NCBI GenBank assembly: GCA_003135635.1
Contig: PLCJ01000001.1
Location: 99,418 to 163,417, forward strand
Source of the DNA: Candidatus Adlerbacteria bacterium
GTDB lineage: Bacteria; Patescibacteriota; Minisyncoccia; Phycocordibacterales; SBAW01
Reading direction: 5' to 3'
Length of the DNA: 64,000 nucleotides
Under the pieces are notes generated by a model. The model ran no database searches. It was not told the DNA's origin and saw only the letters and a list, made by a program, of their open reading frames with translations. A program made the position numbers and the translations under genes. Shown piece by piece: positions 56,243 to 64,000 of the stretch (position 1 is its first letter; each line of letters starts with the position of its first letter).

Positions 56243-57016
56243 ATGAGACTCTTTGACTCCCATTGTCATATCCAGCTGCCCCAATTTGATGCGGATAGGA
56301 CAGAAGTACTTCAGCGTATGCAAGAAAAAAAGGTGGGAGCAGTTGTGGTGGGTACCGATCTTAGGGTAAGTCAGCAAGCATTTCTACTCGCTGAGCAACA
56401 TGATTTTCTGTGGGCCTCAGTGGGACTCCATCCAAACGATTCCAAGGAGCAATTCAATGTAAAAAACTTTGAAGTACTTGCGTCGCATCCAAAAACGGTT
56501 GCAATAGGGGAGTGTGGGCTTGATTATTTTAGATCAGGCAAAACTGAGAGCGAACGTAGCAGACAAAAAAATTTATTTATATCCCACATTGAGCTTGCAC
56601 TGAGCGTCCATAAACCCCTTATTATCCACTGCCGCGAGGCTCACGATGACATGCTTGTAATACTGAGGCAGTATAAAAAAGAATATGCCGACGCGTTGCA
56701 AGCGGTGATACACTTTTTTACTGGCTCTAGTGAACTTGCACAAAGCTACCTCGCGCTTGACTGCTATCTTTCATTCCCTGGACCTATTACCTATACACAG
56801 ATGTATGATGCGTCTATACGGGTCACTCCACTAGAAAAGATACTTACCGAGACCGATGCTCCTTTTGCCGCACCCGTTCCGTATCGTGGCAAGCGCAATG
56901 AACCGATATATGTTGAAAAAACACTTGAGAAGATTGCTGCGATAAAAGAACTTTCTGTTGAAGAAGTACAAAAAACAATAATAGAAAATTCTCGTCGGGT
57001 ATTTATCTTGCACTAG
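56243..57016 (+). CDS. tatD: TatD-family metal-dependent DNase/hydrolase
   Basis: FDSHCH, GECGLDY, conserved His/Asp set; downstream of metG as commonly seen. Confidence 0.85.
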   Translation: MRLFDSHCHIQLPQFDADRTEVLQRMQEKKVGAVVVGTDLRVSQQAFLLAEQHDFLWASVGLHPNDSKEQFNVKNFEVLASHPKTVAIGECGLDYFRSGKTESERSRQKNLFISHIELALSVHKPLIIHCREAHDDMLVILRQYKKEYADALQAVIHFFTGSSELAQSYLALDCYLSFPGPITYTQMYDASIRVTPLEKILTETDAPFAAPVPYRGKRNEPIYVEKTLEKIAAIKELSVEEVQKTIIENSRRVFILH

Positions 57017-57042
57017 TTCTTTTACCATGCTAATGTTTCTGG

Positions 57043-57585
57043 ATGGCAAAAATGTCGCAGGTCTCTGAGGAGACCTTTACCCAAGCGAATAGTCCGGCTT
57101 CTTTTGATACAACGCCGGAGCAAAAAGACCAAACTATTTATGAAGTTGGTTTTCACCTCATACCGTCGCTTGGTGAAGATGAAGTCAAAATCGCTGTAGA
57201 TGGAGTGCACAGCATGCTAAAGCGTTATAGCGCAGAAATTATGGGTGAGAGCTTCCCGCAGCGGATGACACTTGCATACCGCATTGAACGTTCAGTTTCT
57301 AGTAAACGAGAAAAGTATTCGGAAGCTTACTTCGGTTGGATTAAATTTAAGGCGATACCGACTACGGTGCCTGAAATTAGCCACGTACTCCAAAGTACAC
57401 CAGAAGTGCTTCGCTTTATTATGGTTGAAAGTTTTCCCGAAGGAGTGCCGATGCCTCGTCGTGCTGTATTTATATCTGATCGACTGGAGGGCGCCACCAT
57501 TCAAAAACCAATGGTTGCTCCTGAAAAGAGCGGAGAGATTTCTGAAGAGGATCTTGATAAATCTATAGAAGCCCTTGTTTCTTAA
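57043..57585 (+). CDS. rpsF: 30S ribosomal protein S6 with N- and C-terminal extensions
   Basis: YEVGFHLIPSLGEDEV...LAYRI S6 core; rpsF-ssb-rpsR order. Confidence 0.7.
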   Translation: MAKMSQVSEETFTQANSPASFDTTPEQKDQTIYEVGFHLIPSLGEDEVKIAVDGVHSMLKRYSAEIMGESFPQRMTLAYRIERSVSSKREKYSEAYFGWIKFKAIPTTVPEISHVLQSTPEVLRFIMVESFPEGVPMPRRAVFISDRLEGATIQKPMVAPEKSGEISEEDLDKSIEALVS

Positions 57586-57586
57586 T

Positions 57587-58042
57587 ATGTATATCAATAA
57601 AGCATTTATTTACGGCAATCTTACCCGAGATCCAGAAACGCGGGCACTTCCTTCCGGTGGACAGGTATCTTCCTTTAGCGTTGCGACGAATCGTGTGTTC
57701 CGTAAAGCAGACGGTACCAAGCAAGAGCAAGTTGAATATCACAATGTGGTCGTATTTGGCCGCCAAGCAGAAACATGCGCACAGTATCTCCGCAAAGGAA
57801 GCGGTGTCTTTGTAGAAGGTAGGTTACAAACTCGTAGTTGGGACGGAGAAAAAGGCAAGCAGTATCGCACGGAAATTATTGCCGAGCGGGTACAGTTTGG
57901 ACCACGCAGTACTGCTCCTTCCAGTACCGGGGGAGATCGTACTCCTCCTCAAAGTGAAGCAGAAATGCCACAAAAGGCGCCGAAGGAAGACACGATTGAG
58001 TATCCAGAAGAAGATATTAATCCAGACGATATCCCATTTTAG
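57587..58042 (+). CDS. ssb: Single-stranded DNA-binding protein
   Basis: OB-fold SSB core, acidic C-terminal tail ending DDIPF. Confidence 0.9.
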   Translation: MYINKAFIYGNLTRDPETRALPSGGQVSSFSVATNRVFRKADGTKQEQVEYHNVVVFGRQAETCAQYLRKGSGVFVEGRLQTRSWDGEKGKQYRTEIIAERVQFGPRSTAPSSTGGDRTPPQSEAEMPQKAPKEDTIEYPEEDINPDDIPF

Positions 58043-58050
58043 GAAAATAT

Positions 58051-58245
58051 ATGCAAAACGATACGTACACCCAATTTCAGAGAATCGACTACAAAGATAT
58101 CGAAACGCTTAAGCGCTTTCTCAATCCGCACGGTAAAATATTACCTCGACGTCGCACAGAACTTTCAGCCGCAAATCAACGGGCACTTGCTCAATCTATA
58201 AAGCGAGCCCGTTTCATGGCACTTTTGCCCTATATCATGCGCTAG
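58051..58245 (+). CDS. rpsR: 30S ribosomal protein S18
   Basis: [40 protein letters not shown] canonical S18. Confidence 0.9.
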   Translation: MQNDTYTQFQRIDYKDIETLKRFLNPHGKILPRRRTELSAANQRALAQSIKRARFMALLPYIMR

Positions 58246-58253
58246 GAGATATA

Positions 58254-58823
58254 CTACTTTTTCTCCACACGTTCTACATAGGTGCCAGTTTCTGTGTTAA
58301 CGCGTAGCACGTCTCCTTCATTGACAAAAAGAGGAGCATTGATTGTGACGCCTGTTTCAAGTACTACCTGTTTGGTACCTCCTTGAGCGGTATTGCCGCG
58401 CACTGCCGGAGGTGCGTCGGTAACCACGAGGTCCACCTTAACAGGTACCCGGAGCGCAATGATCGTGTCATTAAAAGTAACTGCTTCCACTGGAGTATTT
58501 CCTTTCAAAAACTTTCCTGCTAACCCGACAGTTTCTTCGCGAAGCGGAAAACGCTGACTTGCATTTTGTGCATCACAAAACCACCATTCTCCTCCCCTGG
58601 TGTATAGATATTTCACTACCTTGACCCCTAAATCCGCCTCTGCCACTTTTTCAGCTACATGAAAGGCTTGCTCGGTTACTTTGCCGGTAATGAGGTTGCG
58701 TAACTTGGTTTGATTCACCGGTTTGCGCTGCTGTTTGCGAAAAATATGGGCATCCAAAACCTCGTAGGGATTACCATCAAGCAAAATAGCTTTCTTGGGT
58801 AATATCTCGTTATATTCAAGCAT
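58254..58823 (-). CDS. efp: Elongation factor P
   Basis: 189 aa, three-domain EF-P with conserved loop region KPVNQTKLRNLITGK. Confidence 0.85.
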   Translation of the reverse strand: MLEYNEILPKKAILLDGNPYEVLDAHIFRKQQRKPVNQTKLRNLITGKVTEQAFHVAEKVAEADLGVKVVKYLYTRGGEWWFCDAQNASQRFPLREETVGLAGKFLKGNTPVEAVTFNDTIIALRVPVKVDLVVTDAPPAVRGNTAQGGTKQVVLETGVTINAPLFVNEGDVLRVNTETGTYVERVEKK

Positions 58824-58952
58824 ATAATAAAAATGTGCCGCGCGGGCAGTACGGACAGTATAAGTGATTTTTTAGCGGATTTCAACCAGAAAAAATGACC
58901 TGAAACCTTCTCACAAAATTCTAGTTGTAAAAAGTAGCCCATAGTATATTGT

Positions 58953-59549
58953 GTGGTTATGGAATCCCATCTGTCTTTAAGTGAAATGACGCAAGAGCAA
59001 CGGGATGAGGATATTCTTATCAAGTCCGTTGCACATCCAGCGCTTTTCGCTGTTCTCGTACGCAAGTATGAAAAACCGTTTTTGCGCAAGGCGGTAAGTA
59101 TTGTGCACGACGAACAAGAAGCAGAAGACATAGTCCAGGAAGCGTTCACAAAAATATATCTCAATGCCGCACGCTTCAGAAAGCAGGAGGGGGCACAGTT
59201 TTCATCCTGGGGATATCGCATACTCATTAATGTGGCATGCTCACACTATCAAAAATCCAAACGACGCAATCATGCAACTGCTCAACTTGATGAAGAAATA
59301 TGGGCACTCATTCCAGACAAAGACCTGCGTCAATTTCAAAAAACGGAAATAACAGATGAGGTTGCATCTATTCTTTCCCGTATGTCGCCGATATTTGTCC
59401 GTGCACTTACGCTCTTTTATATTGAAGGAAGATCACAAGAAGAGGTTGCGAGCCTTGAAGGTGTGTCGCTCGGTGCGGTGAAAACACGTGTCCACCGTGC
59501 AAAACATGAGTTTAGAAAGATATACAAGATGGTAACAAACAATATATGA
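58953..59549 (+). CDS. ECF-type sigma-70 family RNA polymerase sigma factor
   Basis: Region 2 (DIVQEAFTKIY) and region 4 HTH (SQEEVASLEGVSLGAVKTRVHRA). Confidence 0.8.
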   Translation: MVMESHLSLSEMTQEQRDEDILIKSVAHPALFAVLVRKYEKPFLRKAVSIVHDEQEAEDIVQEAFTKIYLNAARFRKQEGAQFSSWGYRILINVACSHYQKSKRRNHATAQLDEEIWALIPDKDLRQFQKTEITDEVASILSRMSPIFVRALTLFYIEGRSQEEVASLEGVSLGAVKTRVHRAKHEFRKIYKMVTNNI

Positions 59550-59872
59550 GTACAATAGAGAAAAATGTCATGGCGAGTGTGTACGTTATTCATATGGTGC
59601 GTACACTCACCAGCCGATTAGCGCTTGCGTGTGGAGTACTGTGCCTCTCACTTATTGCTATCGCAATGCTCGTTTCCGTGCCTCACGTCATGGTCAATCT
59701 ACTGAGCGTTGCCCACCATGGAGTAGTAGGGATAGGAACTTTTGTGTTCTCTGCGGTTATGGGAACTCGATTTATAGTTCAGTGTGCTCTTTTTATAGGA
59801 ACGATTGCATTTCTCCTGGTTCTCATCGATCTTATTCGATCAATTTCTCCGATACGCGTAATGGGGAGTTAA
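59546..59872 (+). CDS. Putative membrane anti-sigma factor (108 aa, 2-3 TM)
   Basis: Translationally coupled (ATGA) to the ECF sigma gene; small TM protein. Confidence 0.4.
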   Translation: MSTIEKNVMASVYVIHMVRTLTSRLALACGVLCLSLIAIAMLVSVPHVMVNLLSVAHHGVVGIGTFVFSAVMGTRFIVQCALFIGTIAFLLVLIDLIRSISPIRVMGS

Positions 59873-59880
59873 AATTAAGA

Positions 59881-60966
59881 TTATTCCTCCTGCGGCCCTT
59901 CTTCGTTTTTGGTTTCTGTCTTTTTAGAGGTTATATTTTGACTGAGATATTTGCGGATTTCTTTTAGAACTTCATTGGCTAGTTTTTTATTTTCTCGTAA
60001 GTACGTGCGAGTGGCATCATAGCCCCGTCCGAGTTTCTCAGCACCATAGCTGTACGACATACCACTTTTTTGGATAATTCCTAATTTCTCACCGAGGGCG
60101 ATAAGCTCACCTTCCTGTGAAATACCTTCGTTGTATAAAAGGTCAAACTCCACAGCGCGAAACGGTGCAGCTACTTTATTTTTAACAACCTTAACTCGAT
60201 GGCGTCCCCCTACCACCTCTTCACCCTTTTTAATCTGTGCAATACGGCGAATATCCAGTCTCACCGAGGTATAAAATTTAAGCGCCTTGCCTCCTGTGGT
60301 TGTTTCTGGATTACCAAACATGACGCCAATTTGCATCCGGATCTGGTTAATGAAAATAACGATCGTATTGCTTTTGGAGATGATACTCGTAAGCTTGCGC
60401 AGCGCTTGTGACATAAGTCGGGCCTGTTTACCCATATGGCTTTGCCCCATATCTCCCTCTATTTCATCTTTGGGGGTGAGCGCGGCGACTGAATCAATGA
60501 CCACCATGTCTACTTTTCCCGAGCGTACCAAACTCTCCACAATTTCAAGTGCCTGCTCTCCGGTATCTGGTTGTGAGACAAGAAGATTATCAATATTAAC
60601 GCCTATTTTTTTTGCATATTCCGGGTCAAGTGCATGCTCTGCATCTATAAAGGCACACACGCCTCCTTTTTTCTGTGCCTGAGCAATAGCGTGCAGAGCA
60701 AGCGTTGTCTTGCCTGATGACTCAGGTCCAAAAACCTCAATGATGCGTCCCCGTGGGTACCCGCCGATGCCGAGAGCCCAATCGAGCCCAATCGAGCCCG
60801 AAGGGATAACATCTATATCAACCCTCGGTGTATCGCCAAGCTTCATAATAGCCTCGTCACCGAACTTTGTTCTGATTTCTCGGATCGCAGCATCAATTGC
60901 GCTTGTATCTCGAACTTTATTATCTAATTTTTTGTGTGGTTTTTCTTTCGCCATAGATCTATCCAT
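59881..60966 (-). CDS. recA: Recombinase RecA
   Basis: Walker [11 protein letters not shown]1/L2 loops, strongly canonical RecA core; charged C-terminal tail. Confidence 0.95.
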   Translation of the reverse strand: MDRSMAKEKPHKKLDNKVRDTSAIDAAIREIRTKFGDEAIMKLGDTPRVDIDVIPSGSIGLDWALGIGGYPRGRIIEVFGPESSGKTTLALHAIAQAQKKGGVCAFIDAEHALDPEYAKKIGVNIDNLLVSQPDTGEQALEIVESLVRSGKVDMVVIDSVAALTPKDEIEGDMGQSHMGKQARLMSQALRKLTSIISKSNTIVIFINQIRMQIGVMFGNPETTTGGKALKFYTSVRLDIRRIAQIKKGEEVVGGRHRVKVVKNKVAAPFRAVEFDLLYNEGISQEGELIALGEKLGIIQKSGMSYSYGAEKLGRGYDATRTYLRENKKLANEVLKEIRKYLSQNITSKKTETKNEEGPQEE

Positions 60967-61318
60967 TAATTGGACAATAATTCAAAACAACAATATGAAC
61001 CAATTGCGAAACCTGACGACCAAAACGGTCTTTTGCGGCGACCTTTACTACACTATACCCCGGTGGAGGAGAAAAAACCTCACTGAAATGGCCAGCTGTA
61101 TCTATGTAGGCAGGAGCATCATTAATACTTAGAAATGCAATATTTGTAGCTTCACCGGAGATAACAACAACAGGCGAAGATGTTGCACTGCCATCCTTCG
61201 GGGTAGCAATGTAGATCTCTGGACCAGTCAGTATCTTACGCGCTTCAAACAAGCCATATCCCAAAAGGGTAAGGATAATAACCCCAATTAATACCAGCGA
61301 TAATTGATGACGATACAT
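60959..61318 (-). CDS. Hypothetical N-terminally anchored protein (119 aa)
   Basis: Single [21 protein letters not shown]; upstream of recA with overlapping stop/start. Confidence 0.35.
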   Translation of the reverse strand: MYRHQLSLVLIGVIILTLLGYGLFEARKILTGPEIYIATPKDGSATSSPVVVISGEATNIAFLSINDAPAYIDTAGHFSEVFSPPPGYSVVKVAAKDRFGRQVSQLVHIVVLNYCPING

Positions 61319-61364
61319 ATCTAAGTCTCAGAAAGGATTCAAAGAGGATTTTTTTTTGAAAAAT

Positions 61365-63557
61365 TTACTCCCTATCGATTACTACCTCTGCTGACTTACT
61401 ATTCAATACCTCCCGGGGCCTCGCTCCGTCTTGTGGACCAATGACACCCCGCTCCTCAAGCACATCCATAAGACGGGCAGCACGCGCATATCCCAAACGT
61501 AGTTTACGTTGAAGATAAGAAGTCGAAGCCTTGCCAGCTTCTATAACCGCCAAGCGGGCAGCTTCATACATCTCATCATCTATATCGTCATCTTCGCTAT
61601 CTGAAAAAGTAGATCCATTGCGGGAAGAAAAAGTGTCGTTGTTACTTGCGGGGGCAATGATATCGATGGGCAATTCAGCATCATTATGCTTCGCAATAAA
61701 ATCAGTAACCTTCTTTACTTCAGATTCACTGATAAATGCACTTTGCAGTCGCACCGGCTTACTCATGTCGCCGGAGAGGTACAGCATATCGCCTGCGCCG
61801 AGGAGCTTCTCGGCACCCGCTTGATCAAGAATGGTACGAGAGTCTATTTGTGAAGCTACTTGAAGTGCGACACGACACGAAATGTTTGCTTTGATAAGAC
61901 CGGTGATGACATTTACACTGGGTCGTTGGGTTGAAAGAAGAAGATGTATTCCTACTGCTCGGCTCATTTGAGCCAGACGTACTACAGCTGCTTCAAGCTC
62001 ACGGGGATAGGTCTGCATGATATCGGCAATCTCATCAATGACAATGACAATATACGGCATTGCCTCGGGCAGTTTGTCATCGTGAGATGGCTCGCCTTTC
62101 TTACGCAATTTTTCAAGTGCAGGAGCGAGTACATTTTGATGATAAGATGCAATGTCACGCACATGTTCTGCCTCAAGAATGTTATAGCGGTGTTCCATTT
62201 CCCTGCCTGCCCACCGGAGTGCTTGGATGGCTTTTTTTGCGTCAGTGATAACGGGGGAGAGTAGGTGAGGGATACGATTATACAGGGTAAGCTCAACGCG
62301 CTTTGGGTCGATCATTAAAAAGCGCAACTGTTGCGGTCCACAACGATAAAGAAGCGAGGTAATGATGGCATGGATAGTTACTGACTTTCCTGCACCAGTT
62401 GCGCCAGCGATAAGCACATGGGGCATTTTGGTGATATTGGCAAAATGTGAGCCCCCAGCAATATCGCGCCCAAGGGCAATAAGTAGGGATGCTGGGGAAT
62501 TAGCAAATTCAGGTGACTCCAGAAGTGTGCCAAGCCCAACGATTACTTTTGTGTGGTTGGGCACTTCAATGCCAACGAGTGATTTTCCTGGAATAGGCGC
62601 TTCGATGCGTACGGGATGGGCTGCCAGTGCAAGCTCAAGATTAGTTTGCAACGAAACTATTTTCTGTAGCCGCACGCCCTCAGCAGGTTTAATGGCATAG
62701 CGTGTAACAGAGGGGCCTATGGAGATTTCATCAAGTTCAACGACAATACCAAAGTTCTGAAGAGTTCTTTTTATAATGTTAGCACTCGCCTTGACATCTC
62801 CGACTCCCGGGCGTCCTCGATCGCGTTCAAGAAGAGAGAGTGGTGGGGGAGTATACGTCTCCAACAGCGATTTCAAAATATTTGCGGTATTTTGAGTGCT
62901 CCGAGGTAGGACGGCCGGCATAGGATAGGGTGCTGGTTCTTCCTCATCACTTACTTCACTGTAAGGTATATTCTCCGGCTCTTCTTCTGCCGTGGGGCTA
63001 TCTATTTTCTGAGATCGGACGCCATGCACGTATTGCCCGATAACTCTACCAAATCTCATCAAGCCGCCACTGATCATAGCAAAAGGTCCAAGTGATAAGC
63101 TTCCTTCAAGAAGAATAAGCAGCGATACGAGACATATACCTCCAAGGAAAATAAGAGAGGCGTAGAGGTCAAAATAATGCAAAGCGTTTTTCCCAATCAC
63201 ATCACCAATAAGGCCAGCATTGCCAGCGACAATATCAATGAATCCCAGTCCTGAAAGTATAAAAAATAAACTCCCTAGAGTTTTTAATAAATCAAACCCC
63301 GGTCTCTCCTCTTTAAGGAGAGTTCCTGCTAATACAAAAAAAAGTATAGGTAAAAGAAAATACCCAATTCCTACAAGGTACACGATTGAGTCGTATGCAT
63401 CTGCGCCTGCAATCCCGGCGGCCTTAAACGGCGCGAGCGCAAGGAAACATCCTACAACGATAAAAAGAACCACCAATGCTGCTCGCTTGGTTTTTTCGGG
63501 GATGTCAGCAAATGGGCCTATATGCGCTGAGCGCCCATCATTTTTTTTCCGTGCCAT
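61365..63557 (-). CDS. ftsK: DNA translocase FtsK/SpoIIIE
   Basis: 4 N-terminal TM, motor Walker A GATGAGKSV, gamma domain (YLQRKLRLGYARAARLMDVLEERGVI). Confidence 0.9.
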   Translation of the reverse strand: MARKKNDGRSAHIGPFADIPEKTKRAALVVLFIVVGCFLALAPFKAAGIAGADAYDSIVYLVGIGYFLLPILFFVLAGTLLKEERPGFDLLKTLGSLFFILSGLGFIDIVAGNAGLIGDVIGKNALHYFDLYASLIFLGGICLVSLLILLEGSLSLGPFAMISGGLMRFGRVIGQYVHGVRSQKIDSPTAEEEPENIPYSEVSDEEEPAPYPMPAVLPRSTQNTANILKSLLETYTPPPLSLLERDRGRPGVGDVKASANIIKRTLQNFGIVVELDEISIGPSVTRYAIKPAEGVRLQKIVSLQTNLELALAAHPVRIEAPIPGKSLVGIEVPNHTKVIVGLGTLLESPEFANSPASLLIALGRDIAGGSHFANITKMPHVLIAGATGAGKSVTIHAIITSLLYRCGPQQLRFLMIDPKRVELTLYNRIPHLLSPVITDAKKAIQALRWAGREMEHRYNILEAEHVRDIASYHQNVLAPALEKLRKKGEPSHDDKLPEAMPYIVIVIDEIADIMQTYPRELEAAVVRLAQMSRAVGIHLLLSTQRPSVNVITGLIKANISCRVALQVASQIDSRTILDQAGAEKLLGAGDMLYLSGDMSKPVRLQSAFISESEVKKVTDFIAKHNDAELPIDIIAPASNNDTFSSRNGSTFSDSEDDDIDDEMYEAARLAVIEAGKASTSYLQRKLRLGYARAARLMDVLEERGVIGPQDGARPREVLNSKSAEVVIDRE

Positions 63558-63710
63558 AAAGACATATTAGCATGCAGGTTTTGAAGAAGATAAATTGAAA
63601 CTACCATTTTACTTTCTGTCCCCGCTGCTCTATACTCAAGGACATGATTATGTCTTTAAGGGAGGCACACCTCATTAAGGTCTTTAAAAGACAATTAAAG
63701 GACTGAATGT

Positions 63711-64000
63711 ATGTCTGATAGCACAAAAAAATTTCATGAATTTGCCTTGAAATCAAGTCTTTTTAAAGGACGCACCGCTTGGTATTTTTGTTATTTAAAA
63801 TCGGAACGCATCGTACAAGTGCTCGCTACCCTGGCTCTGAGTGCCAAAAATTCTCACCTTAACATGGTCATCATTAAGGCGCGCAAAATCCCTGAATCAA
63901 TTCTTTATTTTGCCGCTGGTACTCTTGATCGTTCATTACTGCTTGCTGATATTTTTTCTCTTATATCAACCCTGCGCATATGTGAAACTGAAGGAATTAT
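63711..64000 (+). CDS. Hypothetical protein, 5' part (runs off window end)
   Basis: ATG at 63711, open to window end. Confidence 0.3.
   Translation, partial: MSDSTKKFHEFALKSSLFKGRTAWYFCYLKSERIVQVLATLALSAKNSHLNMVIIKARKIPESILYFAAGTLDRSLLLADIFSLISTLRICETEGI

Noticed and set aside
1-64000. CRISPR arrays, rRNA genes, intact IS elements/transposases, integrases
   Set aside because: No regularly spaced direct repeats, no rRNA-like conserved stretches, no DDE/tyrosine-recombinase-like ORFs seen in any frame.

Overview
The window looks like a compact, housekeeping-dense bacterial chromosome segment with small, simplified proteins and standalone Type IV pilus parts. The gene content and reduced protein architectures suggest a Candidate Phyla Radiation/Patescibacteria-type genome, but that is an inference and nothing was searched.

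The left end carries the canonical origin-proximal cluster rpmH-rnpA-yidC-jag on the minus strand, diverging from dnaA-dnaN on the plus strand. DnaA-box-like 9-mers sit in both flanking intergenic regions.

The rest is mostly core genes:
- PBP1a, tyrS, ruvC/yebC/ruvB, a pilB/gspE ATPase, tsaE, polA, eight tRNAs, a TrmH-family methyltransferase, murE, ruvA, rpsT and a Type IV pilin.
- rluA, rplS, an ArsR + SRPBCC pair, DsbA, a SIMPL protein, secE-nusG-rplK, and a nucleotide module (dcd, a long ThyX-like gene, tmk, dut, glyA).
- argS, ileS, recO, glyQS, an AI-2E transporter, metG, tatD, rpsF-ssb-rpsR, efp, an ECF sigma with a putative anti-sigma, recA and ftsK.

Features that stand out:
- ileS carries a roughly 180-200 aa histidine-phosphatase (PGAM-like) domain inserted into its catalytic core.
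- The ThyX-like gene is double length (453 aa), and its RHR and S-x-RY catalytic motifs are split between two ThyX-like halves.
- A 4.6 kb accessory segment (38.5-43.1 kb) sits between dut and glyA. It holds candidate metal-handling membrane and secreted proteins, three exact copies plus one diverged copy of a conserved 12-mer (ATGTTCGAACCT, palindromic core GTTCGAAC), and a tRNA 3'-half fragment at its right edge.
- Further items are a ParB/Srx-like mini-protein next to tRNA-Lys, a bacterial SWIB-domain protein beside a secreted NHL-repeat propeller, and possible sRNA or terminator orphans.

No CRISPR array, rRNA or intact IS element is visible.
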